From Patescibacteria group bacterium (lineage in GTDB: Bacteria > Patescibacteriota > Minisyncoccia > Minisyncoccales > UBA10102): a stretch of 64,000 nucleotides of DNA. Each line of letters begins with the position of its first letter. Position 1 is the stretch's first letter. Positions 17,510 to 25,433 of the stretch are shown here, one piece after another. The translations under genes were made by a program, and so were the position numbers. The notes under the pieces are model-generated. The model was not told where the DNA came from and ran no database searches. It saw only the letters and a program-made list of their open reading frames with translations. The stretch covers positions 398,342-462,341 of the forward strand of contig JADFNM010000001.1 of the NCBI GenBank assembly GCA_022563395.1, read 5' to 3'.

Positions 17510-19240
17510 TCAGTCTTCGGTCACGCGAATAACCTCCTCTATTGTTGTTATACCATCAATTGCCTTTAACACGCCATCCTGACGAAGCGTGACCATGCCC
17601 TGGCGCACTGCTTCTTTTGCAATGTTTGCTTCAGACGGAGTTTGAAGAACAATGTCTGAAAGCTCGTCGGTCATTGTAAGCACCTCAAAGAGACCAATCC
17701 TACCACTGTATCCTGCGGCTCCACATTCTTTGCATCCTTTGGCAACAAACAAACTCAGGTCTTTTCCTTTGGTTGCCAGGTGCACGCTCACGGATTTTTC
17801 TTTGGCAGCAGGAATCTTTCTGAGTTCTTGCAAGATGAGCTCTTTCATTTCCGTTTTTGGCTTGATGCGTTCCTTGCAATTATCGCACAAGCGTCTCACC
17901 AAACGTTGGGAAAGGGCAATGTTAAGCGTGGTTGGAACCAGGTACTTGTCCACTCCCATGTCCAAGAGACGAGGGATGACGCCAGAAGCATTGTTCGTAT
18001 GCAAGGTGGAAAGCACAATGTGCCCTGTTAAAGCAGCGTGCACAACAAGGGAGGCCGTCTCTTCGTCTCTAACCTCACCTACCATGATAACGTCTGGGTC
18101 TTGGCGCAGAACCTGGCGTAACCCTTGGGCAAAATCGTATTGAATATCGGGCCTAACCTGGGACTGGTTCACGCCTTCCAAAAGATACTCCACGGGGTCT
18201 TCCAAACTCACAATGTTCAAGGATTCCTTGTTAATACTCTGGAGCATGGCATACAGGGTGGTGGTTTTTCCAGAGCCCGTGGGCCCAGTCACCAAAATCA
18301 ACCCAAAGGGGCGTTTCAAAGCCGCTTGTGCTTTCTCTAAACTGGAACCTCCCAAACCAAGCTCGCCAAAACCCTTTAACCCCACTTCAGGGTCTAAAAC
18401 ACGTATGGCAACCTTTTCTCCTAGGGCAGTGGGAAAAGTGGAAACACGAAAGTCTATAGAGCGCTCTCCAATGTTTGCAGAAAATCTCCCATCCTGTGGT
18501 ACTCGCTGCTCATCAATCTTTAAGTTGGAAAGAATCTTAATGTGCGACACCACGGCTTGGTGAACCCGTTTTGGCAAGAATAAAGAGGAGTACAGGTCCC
18601 CCAGCATGCGAAACCTTACTCTGAGTTTGTCTTTGGTGGGTTCAATGTGAATGTCAGAGGCCTTCCCTTCAACCGCGTTTCTCAAGATGACTGCCACCAT
18701 CTTGGTGACCGGGGCCTCCTCCACCAAACGAGCGAGTTTTTGAGCTTGGTCCTTGCCCTTTTCTTCCTTCATCTCTTCTTGGAGTTCTCCTAAGGCCTGG
18801 CTCATATCGTTCTTTTGGTTTTGATAATGGCGCATGACTGCAGCAAACTGAGAAACAGAGATGAGCTGTATCTGAAACGAAAACCCTCCCTGGCGAGACA
18901 GGAAGTTCAGCGCCTCCTTTGCTTTTACGTCCTCCGGGGCTACCATACCAACCTCAACCACTCCTGCCCGCTTAGACAAGGGAACCATGCGATAGTGAGA
19001 TGCCGCATCCTCGGGGATAAGCTCAAGAATCTTTAAGGGAATGTCTTTGGGCTCAACAGATCTCAAAGGAACCTGCAGTCCCTCTGATTTAACGCTAAAC
19101 AAGAGCTCTTCTTCCACAAGCTTCTTTTCCAAGAGTACTTCCTCAACCAACTTTTGGGACCGAGTTGCCTCCTCTTGGACTTGGGTTGCGGCCTCGCTTA
19201 AAAGAAGATTTCTCTGAACAAGGGTTTGAAGAATGTTCAT
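17510..19240 (-). CDS. pilB: type IV pilus assembly ATPase (GspE/PilB family)
   Basis: 576 aa with an N-terminal T2SSE_N-like domain, Walker A (GPTGSGKTTT) and the CxxC..CxxC tetracysteine motif (CDNCK..CKECG). Confidence 0.9.
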   Translation of the reverse strand: MNILQTLVQRNLLLSEAATQVQEEATRSQKLVEEVLLEKKLVEEELLFSVKSEGLQVPLRSVEPKDIPLKILELIPEDAASHYRMVPLSKRAGVVEVGMVAPEDVKAKEALNFLSRQGGFSFQIQLISVSQFAAVMRHYQNQKNDMSQALGELQEEMKEEKGKDQAQKLARLVEEAPVTKMVAVILRNAVEGKASDIHIEPTKDKLRVRFRMLGDLYSSLFLPKRVHQAVVSHIKILSNLKIDEQRVPQDGRFSANIGERSIDFRVSTFPTALGEKVAIRVLDPEVGLKGFGELGLGGSSLEKAQAALKRPFGLILVTGPTGSGKTTTLYAMLQSINKESLNIVSLEDPVEYLLEGVNQSQVRPDIQYDFAQGLRQVLRQDPDVIMVGEVRDEETASLVVHAALTGHIVLSTLHTNNASGVIPRLLDMGVDKYLVPTTLNIALSQRLVRRLCDNCKERIKPKTEMKELILQELRKIPAAKEKSVSVHLATKGKDLSLFVAKGCKECGAAGYSGRIGLFEVLTMTDELSDIVLQTPSEANIAKEAVRQGMVTLRQDGVLKAIDGITTIEEVIRVTED

Positions 19241-19512
19241 TATAGGGGGGGGAGCAATGGGTTGTCTCGACCAACATCCTGGGGAATTTGCGCTTTTGCC
19301 TCTGCCTCATCTAGTTTTTGGAGTATTGGATGGGAGAGAATGGAGGTATCCACCTCAACCCTGAGGGGCTGGAGAAGGATGTCGCCTGTGGGGAAAGGGG
19401 CTGTCACAAAGAATCCCCACCAGATGACAACTGCGGTAATAAAGACCACTACCCCAAGCGCGAGAATGAGGAGGCGTTGAATCTTCTTTTTCTGGAGAAA
19501 CGTTACTGCCAT
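19240..19512 (-). CDS. small membrane protein of the pilus locus (unknown)
   Basis: 90-aa ORF with a single TM (LLILALGVVVFITAVVIWWGFFV). Its stop overlaps the pilB start. Confidence 0.5.
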   Translation of the reverse strand: MAVTFLQKKKIQRLLILALGVVVFITAVVIWWGFFVTAPFPTGDILLQPLRVEVDTSILSHPILQKLDEAEAKAQIPQDVGRDNPLLPPL

Positions 19513-19530
19513 ATGTGGTTCATATGTTAG

Positions 19531-20046
19531 CTAGTAGAAATAGGTATGAAGCTGCAAAGTTACATTGAACCTTTCGGTCTCTTGGCTCCCAGAAAGGTTC
19601 AGGGATTGAAGAGAAACCATACGAGAAGCGATATTCAAACGTCCCGTCAGTTCTTTTAAAGCACTCCAGGAACCTACAAGCTCAAGTGTCACAGGAATGG
19701 TGCGTAGCTCTAAGGATTGAGCTTGGCTCTCCACTGCAGCTGAAATGTTGCGCAAGGACATTCCAGAAAGTGCGGAGCTCCGCTGCAAAAAGTCGTAGAG
19801 CGAGGGAAGCTGGGGGCCTAAGGGAAGGGCGGCCTCAACCTTTAAAAGCCCTTCTGCAAACTCCGCAAGGCTTGCCTTAACCTTTATCAAATCTGCAAAG
19901 TAGGTTTCCCGGTTTTCCAGCTCTTGCTGGCGGCCTTTAAGTTCAGACCTCAGCTGCTGGAAGGTCTGATAGTTGGGCCAGGTTAAGAAGATGCCTACGG
20001 CAACTCCTATAAAGAGCAGGATTCCAATGAGAAGGGTGCGGTTCAT
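19531..20046 (-). CDS. pilO: PilO-like pilus assembly protein
   Basis: The start is placed at the internal MNRTLLIGILLFIGVAV (20046), which abuts the pilN stop. TM plus coiled coil (QQLRSELKGRQQELENRETYF). Confidence 0.65.
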   Translation of the reverse strand: MNRTLLIGILLFIGVAVGIFLTWPNYQTFQQLRSELKGRQQELENRETYFADLIKVKASLAEFAEGLLKVEAALPLGPQLPSLYDFLQRSSALSGMSLRNISAAVESQAQSLELRTIPVTLELVGSWSALKELTGRLNIASRMVSLQSLNLSGSQETERFNVTLQLHTYFY

Positions 20047-20047
20047 A

Positions 20048-20572
20048 TTATTGAAAGAATGCGGCTGAAAATTGTATTTCCATTTGAAAGTCAACCCCGC
20101 CCTGTCCCCCAAGCTTAAGATTCGTCAGGGAAATGGAGCCTGGTTCTGACCGTGCTTCAAGCACCACAAGCTGTTCATCTAGGGCAGAGAAGGATTCTGC
20201 AGTTCCCCTAAGCTGCACAGTGTGGCTTTGCACATCAACATTCATTGAAAGAAAGGTGACCTCGGGATGTACCACGTTCTCCAAGAAAGAGAATGCGGGA
20301 AGCACGTCCTTTCGAAGCTCTACCAGTGTTGCAAAATCTTTAAGCCTGGTTCGTGCAACAAACATGTCTTGCTCCAGCTGTGCCTGCTCTGGGGTCTTTT
20401 CTGTTCTCAAGAGTATTTCTGCCTCTTTAATCTTGGTTTGAGTTCTTGATTCCAAGAAAAACAAGAGTACAAATCCTCCCACCGAAAGCACAAAGACACC
20501 AATGGACAAGGCAAAGAACACCCTCATGAACAAAGAGGAAGTTTGAGGCACTTTGGGAATGATTTCTACCAT
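20048..20572 (-). CDS. pilN: PilN-like pilus assembly protein
   Basis: 174 aa with a short cytoplasmic N-terminus, one TM and a periplasmic domain. It sits between pilM and pilO. Confidence 0.6.
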   Translation of the reverse strand: MVEIIPKVPQTSSLFMRVFFALSIGVFVLSVGGFVLLFFLESRTQTKIKEAEILLRTEKTPEQAQLEQDMFVARTRLKDFATLVELRKDVLPAFSFLENVVHPEVTFLSMNVDVQSHTVQLRGTAESFSALDEQLVVLEARSEPGSISLTNLKLGGQGGVDFQMEIQFSAAFFQ

Positions 20573-20578
20573 ATATAT

Positions 20579-21631
20579 TTACTCCAGTCCTCGTAATGCC
20601 ATTCCTACTGCGACGCAGTACGAGGGCCCCATCTCTTTTATTGTATCTTCCAACACAGGAGGATAAAAGACAGAACGAAAAGGATCAACGAATTCTATCT
20701 CTTTCTTCAGGCTCTCTTTTAAGTATTCTCTGAGCCCCGGTAGCATTGCGGACCCTCCTCCGAGAACCACCCGTTGAATTTCCTTTTCTCTGAATTCTTG
20801 GATTGCTCTTTGGATTTCCGTCACCACGGTGTCTATCAGAGGACCTAATATAGTCTTGAGTTCTTTTGACAAAAGTCCTTCGGCTATTTTCTTCTCTTCT
20901 GCTTCTTTTCGGCCAATAGACAAGGATTGCGCAATGCGTTCTGAAAGGTTTCCCCCACCAATATCAATAGACCGTGAAGACTGCAGCACTCCTTTTTTAA
21001 CCACATTAATAGTTGTGGTTTGGGCTCCCATGTCCAGCACCACAAGGGAACCTTCTCCATTTTTCAAAGAAGAGCGGATAAGACCAAAAACTTCTGCCTC
21101 TAGAGTTTGAAGCCGCAGCTTGGCCAACTTTGCTATCTCTTGATACTGATTGATTAGCTCGTTGGGGACTGCCACCATTAAAATCTTAATAGGTTCCTTT
21201 GGCAGACCAAGGCGCTTCTTGTTTAAAATCTGCCAGTCAAAGGTCACTTCAGAAAAGGGAATGGGGATGTGTTTTCTCGCCTCGTACTGAACTGCTTCTG
21301 GCAACTCCTCTTTGGTCATCGGAGGAAGCTCAAAGTGTGTGAAAAAGGAAGAGAAGTCCGGAATGGAGAATACCGCGTTCTTGGTCTCAATCTTTGCTTC
21401 CTGCAAAATGCCGCGAAGGGATCTTGCAATGTCTTTTGAAGAAAGGAGCAGGGAACTCTTTTCTGCTGTTCGAAACGGTTTGTCATACAGCATTTCAGAC
21501 CGCATCTCTCCATAGTTCTTCAAGCTTTTTTTTGCGCCCCACCGAGAAAGCTCCACCACCTTAATGGTTGAAGTTCCGATGTCAATGCCAAGAAAGCTTT
21601 TGGGAATAAATTTGAAAGAACCAAGCTTCAT
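20579..21631 (-). CDS. pilM: PilM, actin-like ATPase of the pilus inner-membrane complex
   Basis: 350 aa with LGIDIGTSTIKVVEL, LDMGAQTTTINVV and VLGGGSAMLPGL (ASKHA fold motifs). Confidence 0.85.
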   Translation of the reverse strand: MKLGSFKFIPKSFLGIDIGTSTIKVVELSRWGAKKSLKNYGEMRSEMLYDKPFRTAEKSSLLLSSKDIARSLRGILQEAKIETKNAVFSIPDFSSFFTHFELPPMTKEELPEAVQYEARKHIPIPFSEVTFDWQILNKKRLGLPKEPIKILMVAVPNELINQYQEIAKLAKLRLQTLEAEVFGLIRSSLKNGEGSLVVLDMGAQTTTINVVKKGVLQSSRSIDIGGGNLSERIAQSLSIGRKEAEEKKIAEGLLSKELKTILGPLIDTVVTEIQRAIQEFREKEIQRVVLGGGSAMLPGLREYLKESLKKEIEFVDPFRSVFYPPVLEDTIKEMGPSYCVAVGMALRGLE

Positions 21632-21802
21632 ATATACTCGCTACAGCTCGTTATTCCTTCTGGAATATACTCCCTGCAACTCGTTATTCCTTCTGGAATA
21701 TACTCCCTGCAACTCGTTATTCCTTCTGGAATATACTCCCTGCAACTCGTTATTCCTTCTGGAATATACTCCCTGCAACTCGTTATTCCTTCTGGAATAT
21801 AG
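21632..21802. repeat. 33-bp tandem repeat x5 (CTCGTTATTCCTTCTGGAATATACTCCCTGCAA) abutting the pilM start codon
   Basis: Unit starts are at 21647, 21680, 21713, 21746 and 21779, with degenerate partial copies at both ends. Each unit contains the inverted repeat TATTCC-TTCT-GGAATA. Confidence 0.95.
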
Positions 21803-21853
21803 TATATCATAAAAAATGCAAACAATCCTGTTATTTCCTGTATTATATAGTAT

Positions 21854-22501
21854 ATGCAAAGAAAACCCAAGTATTATAGGGGGCTATTTCTCTCCTCATG
21901 GCTTCCCCTGGTGTATGATTTTTGGGTGTGGCTTGCCGTGTTGGGAAACACAAAAAAACTCAGAGAAAGCATCTTAGAGTTTGTGCCGCAAAATCCAAAC
22001 GTTCTTATTGATCTTGCAACGGGAACAGGAGAGAACGCCCTGCTTCTTAAACAAAGATTTCCTTACTCCAAGGTTCTTGCCTCAGACCTGTCTCAAGGAA
22101 TGCTCAAGGTGGCAAAAGAAAAAGCAACAAGGCAGGCACGGGAAATTGAGTTCTCTTTTGAAGATGCGACAAAAACTAATTATCCATCAGAAATTGCGGA
22201 CTTTGTTGCAATCTCTTTTGCCTTACACGACCTTCCCGGAGAAAAGAGGGTAGAAGTGATGAAAGAAGCTTTGCGCCTGTTAAAGCCTGGCGGGATATTC
22301 GTAATCTATGAGTACCACCTTCCCAAGAACTTGCTTGTCCGTATTCCCCTCATCATTCAGTTCCTATTAGTAGAAAACCTGGATGCCTGGCGCATGCTAA
22401 AAGAAAACCTTACAGAAAAACTGAAAGAAGCTGGGTTCAAAAACACAAAAAAGAAAACCTATTACAAAGGGTTAGCCCAGATTGTAGTTGGGTCAAAGTA
22501 A
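21854..22501 (+). CDS. class I SAM-dependent methyltransferase (UbiE/COQ5-like)
   Basis: 215 aa with IDLATGTGENA (motif I), ISFALHDLP and LKPGGIFVIYE. Confidence 0.75.
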   Translation: MQRKPKYYRGLFLSSWLPLVYDFWVWLAVLGNTKKLRESILEFVPQNPNVLIDLATGTGENALLLKQRFPYSKVLASDLSQGMLKVAKEKATRQAREIEFSFEDATKTNYPSEIADFVAISFALHDLPGEKRVEVMKEALRLLKPGGIFVIYEYHLPKNLLVRIPLIIQFLLVENLDAWRMLKENLTEKLKEAGFKNTKKKTYYKGLAQIVVGSK

Positions 22502-22566
22502 ACTGCTTTACTTTGACGGACGATTTAGCGAGGCGTCCCTGCCGAGCGTTAAAAATCGTACCGGGC

Positions 22567-22597
22567 CCGCCGAAGGCGGATACCTTATTGTTTATTT
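22567..22597 (+). terminator. hairpin CCGCC-GAA-GGCGG + T-rich tail
   Basis: It lies downstream of the methyltransferase stop. The tail is ATACCTTATTGTTTATTT. Confidence 0.4.
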
Positions 22598-22665
22598 GGC
22601 GGAGGGGGTGAGATTCGCCATATCATTCGATATGGCGCCCTGTCGAATGACAGGGCGAACCTCAC
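22597..22665 (-). ncRNA. twin-hairpin element, copy 1 (candidate structured RNA; T-arm/acceptor-CCA-like flanks)
   Basis: The minus strand reads GTGAGGTTCGCC[CTGTC-ATTC-GACAG]GGCGCC[ATATC-GAAT-GATAT]GGCGAATCTCAC-CCCCTCCG-CCA. A second copy at 31969-32038 has compensatory stem changes. Confidence 0.4.
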
Positions 22666-22910
22666 TTTAATACGTCTCGATATTGCTGTCGAAATAATCT
22701 CTTTCCCTCGGTCGTCTTCAAGAATCGCTCTCTTCTCTGTGCATCGCTCTTCAGGAGGTATGCTTCATATCCTATCAGCTTAAGTGGTCGCAGTGATGTC
22801 GTTGCTCGCACATTTCCGATTTCGTGTTCCTTTGTTCGTCTACGCAAATCGTTCGTAGAACCAGTATAAATCCTCCTATTTCTGAGGCGAAGAAAATATA
22901 CATAGTACAT
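22662..22910 (-). CDS. small GIY-YIG nuclease family protein
   Basis: MYYVYFLRLRNRRIYTGSTNDLRRRTKEH.. carries GIY-YIG, Arg and Glu motifs. The start is trimmed to 22910 because the longer track ORF reads through tRNA-Ser. Confidence 0.8.
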   Translation of the reverse strand: MYYVYFLRLRNRRIYTGSTNDLRRRTKEHEIGNVRATTSLRPLKLIGYEAYLLKSDAQRRERFLKTTEGKRLFRQQYRDVLK

Positions 22911-22913
22911 GTG

Positions 22914-23000
22914 CGGCGGGAGAGGGATTCGAACCCCCGATACCCTTTCAAGTATAGCAGTTTTCAAGACTGCCCCATTCATCCGCTCTGGCATCCCGCC
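22914..23000 (-). tRNA. tRNA-Ser(TGA)
   Basis: Hand fold: acceptor GGCGGGA/TCCCGCC, anticodon arm GCAGT-CTTGAAA-ACTGC, long variable arm, T-loop TTCGAAT. No encoded CCA. Confidence 0.9.
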
Positions 23001-23011
23001 TATACAATAAA

Positions 23012-23101
23012 TTAAAGCTGGTGGCGGTGGGGGTGGGATTCGAACCCACGAGAGGATTTCTCCCCTAGCACATTAGCAGTGTGCTGCTTTCAACCGCTCA
23101 G
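23012..23101 (-). tRNA. tRNA-Ser(GCT)
   Basis: Acceptor GGTGGGG/CCCCACC, anticodon arm GCACA-CTGCTAA-TGTGC, long variable arm, CCA encoded. Confidence 0.9.
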
Positions 23102-23219
23102 CCACCCCACCTAACTCTTTCTATTCTATCTTATTTCCCGAATATTTCAACCTTTGAATTTCTTCTCGGATTCTGGTATATTCAAAGCGCATATCTCCTT
23201 AAGAAGACTGAGGAGCCAT

Positions 23220-23291
23220 GCTCCCGTAGTTTAACGGACAGAATGAGGGATTGCGGATCCCTTGATACAGGTTCGATTCCTGTCGGGAGCA
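23220..23291 (+). tRNA. tRNA-Arg(GCG)
   Basis: Acceptor GCTCCCG/CGGGAGC, anticodon arm AGGGA-TTGCGGA-TCCCT, T arm ACAGG-TTCGATT-CCTGT. Confidence 0.8.
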
Positions 23292-23292
23292 C

Positions 23293-25377
23293 ATGCAGCT
23301 AACCACTCCTCTCTCTGAAGTTCCACGCATTGGGCCGGTCTACCAGAAGCGACTGAAAACAATGGGGATCACAACTTGCCGTGATCTTCTTTTTCATTTC
23401 CCCAGAATGTATCACGACCTCTCTACCATCACTCCCATTGGAAAAGCAAAGGAGGGTTTTGAATACTGCTTTCAAGGAACCTTGGGAGAGCTTCAAGAAA
23501 TGAGAACATACAGGAAAAGAATATCTGTTGTAGAGGGGGTACTAAGCGACAAAACAGGGAGCATAAAGGTGGTGTGGTTTAACCAGCCCTATCTCAAAGA
23601 CACCCTGTCTTTAAGACAGGAGGTGTTTCTTGCGGGAAAGGTGGTTCGCGACCAAAATGGTATCCATCTTCAAAGCCCAGCGTATGAGAAAATGAGTAGA
23701 AACCCCATTCACATGGCAAGACTCGTTCCCGTGTACCAAGAAACCAGGGGGGTATCTTCAAAGTGGTTGCGCTTTGTCATTCATATGGTTTTAGACTCTC
23801 TTAAAAACATTCAAGACACACTTCCTTCATCCCTACTAAAAGAACGGGGGTTTCCTTCACTCAAGGATGCCTTGTTTTCTATCCACTTCCCAAACAATCC
23901 AAAAGACGCACAGCTCGCAAGGAAACGCTTTTCCTTTGAAGAACTCTTCTTCATTTCTTTGTTTGTCTTAACAGAACGAAAGAAACTTTCTGAAGTAAAG
24001 GCCCCGGTGGTTGCTTATGCCCCAGATATCATGAAGCGCTTCACCTCAAAACTCTCTTTTGAGTTGACCGACGCACAAAAGAAAGCTGCCTGGCACATCT
24101 TGAAAGATATGGAAAAGCCAAGACCAATGAACAGAATCTTGCAAGGGGATGTGGGTTCTGGGAAAACCGTGGTAGCTGCCATGGCCTCTTTGGCTGCAGT
24201 AAAGGCGGGGTATCAGGCTGTACTTATGGCTCCAACAGAGGTTTTAGCCCAGCAGCACTTCAAGACCGTGGGGGAATCACTGGCACTCTTTCGCATAACC
24301 ATTGGCCTTTTAACCGGAAAGACAGACCGATTCATTTCTCCTAAACTTCCCAATGATTCCATTGAGATCTCACGAAAGAAGCTTTTAAAAAGAGTCAAAG
24401 AAGGAACCGTTGACGTTCTCATCGGCACCCACGCCTTAATTCAAGACAAGGTAAAGTTCAACAACCTTGCCTTGGTTATTATTGACGAACAACACCGCTT
24501 TGGCGTACAGCAAAGAAAAAAGCTTCAACACAGATCACAGCTCATTCCTCACTTTCTTTCCATGACCGCAACCCCCATTCCAAGAACGTTGGCAATGAGC
24601 GTGTATGGGGATTTAGACCCCACGATTATTGACGAGCTTCCCAAGGGAAGAAAGAGGATTGAAACCAAGATTGTGGCGCCAGAAGAACGGGCAAAGGCAT
24701 ACAAGTTCATTGCAAAAGAAGTGAAAAAGGGAAGACAGGTGTTTGTGATTTGTCCTCGCATTGAGAAAGTAGAAGAAGGAGAGAAATCAGAATTGAAGAC
24801 CGTAAAAGAGGAGTATGAAAAGCTCTCAAGGGATGTATTCCCTGGCTTTGAAGTTGCAATGCTCCATGGGAAAATGGGGGCGCCAGAAAAAGAACAAATC
24901 ATGCGGCGCTTTAAAAGAGGGAAAACAGACATTCTTGTTTCAACATCGGTTGTAGAGGTGGGGGTGGATATTCCCAATGCCTCCGTCATGATGATTGAGG
25001 GCGCAGACAGGTTTGGGTTGGCCCAACTCCACCAGTTTCGAGGAAGAGTGGGGAGGTCTCGCTATCAATCATACTGCCTCTTGTTTTCAGAATCCAAAAG
25101 CGCCGCAACAAAACAACGCTTAAAAGCTTTACTTGAATCTGAGAACGGATTTCAACTAGCAGAGAGAGACTTAGAGCTCCGCGGCCCGGGAGACTTTTCT
25201 GGAAACAAGCAATGGGGGCTGCCTGACTTTGCCATGAAAAACTTGGCAAACCTTCCCTTGGTTCAAGAAACTAGGGAGGCAGCAGAAAAGCTTTTAGAAC
25301 AAGACATCTCTCTAAAAAACCACCCCTTACTTAAGAAACGAGTAGAAGAGCTCCGAGAGAAGCTGCACTTGGAGTAA
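23293..25377 (+). CDS. recG: ATP-dependent DNA helicase RecG
   Basis: 694 aa with a wedge domain followed by helicase motifs GDVGSGKT, DEQHRFG and SATPIPRT, then QLHQFRGRVGR. Confidence 0.9.
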   Translation: MQLTTPLSEVPRIGPVYQKRLKTMGITTCRDLLFHFPRMYHDLSTITPIGKAKEGFEYCFQGTLGELQEMRTYRKRISVVEGVLSDKTGSIKVVWFNQPYLKDTLSLRQEVFLAGKVVRDQNGIHLQSPAYEKMSRNPIHMARLVPVYQETRGVSSKWLRFVIHMVLDSLKNIQDTLPSSLLKERGFPSLKDALFSIHFPNNPKDAQLARKRFSFEELFFISLFVLTERKKLSEVKAPVVAYAPDIMKRFTSKLSFELTDAQKKAAWHILKDMEKPRPMNRILQGDVGSGKTVVAAMASLAAVKAGYQAVLMAPTEVLAQQHFKTVGESLALFRITIGLLTGKTDRFISPKLPNDSIEISRKKLLKRVKEGTVDVLIGTHALIQDKVKFNNLALVIIDEQHRFGVQQRKKLQHRSQLIPHFLSMTATPIPRTLAMSVYGDLDPTIIDELPKGRKRIETKIVAPEERAKAYKFIAKEVKKGRQVFVICPRIEKVEEGEKSELKTVKEEYEKLSRDVFPGFEVAMLHGKMGAPEKEQIMRRFKRGKTDILVSTSVVEVGVDIPNASVMMIEGADRFGLAQLHQFRGRVGRSRYQSYCLLFSESKSAATKQRLKALLESENGFQLAERDLELRGPGDFSGNKQWGLPDFAMKNLANLPLVQETREAAEKLLEQDISLKNHPLLKKRVEELREKLHLE

Positions 25378-25387
25378 TCTTTGTCTG

Positions 25388-25425
25388 CTTAAATTTCATT
25401 TAGGAGTTCCTAAATGGAATTTACG
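25388..25425. repeat. paired AT-type palindromes CTTAAATTTCATTTAGG-agtt-CCTAAATGGAATTTACG
   Basis: Same family as 30579-30617, 48523-48559 and others. Confidence 0.8.
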
Positions 25426-25433
25426 CTAAGGCC

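Noticed and set aside
21564-21870. Three track ORFs (82, 80 and 72 aa) with repeating peptides across the 33-bp tandem array. I also considered whether the array is a CRISPR.
   Set aside because: The repetitive peptides are simply the 33-bp (11-codon) unit read in open frames. The units are contiguous with no spacers and no cas genes are nearby, so it is neither a gene nor a CRISPR array.
22597-22665. Reading the twin-hairpin elements as complete or intron-containing tRNA genes, or as tmRNA ends.
   Set aside because: Only T-arm-like and 3'-acceptor-like parts exist. No matching 5' acceptor strand (GGAGGGG or GCGCCCG), D arm or anticodon arm is present nearby, and the neighbouring tRNAs are already complete.
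22911-22994. N-terminal extensions of track ORFs: 22662-22994, 25434-27035, 46454-47131, 47680-48225, 57364-57765 and 58927-59985.
   Set aside because: The extensions translate tRNA genes, GC-rich repeats or hairpins. Internal ATGs directly after those elements give family-typical N-termini.
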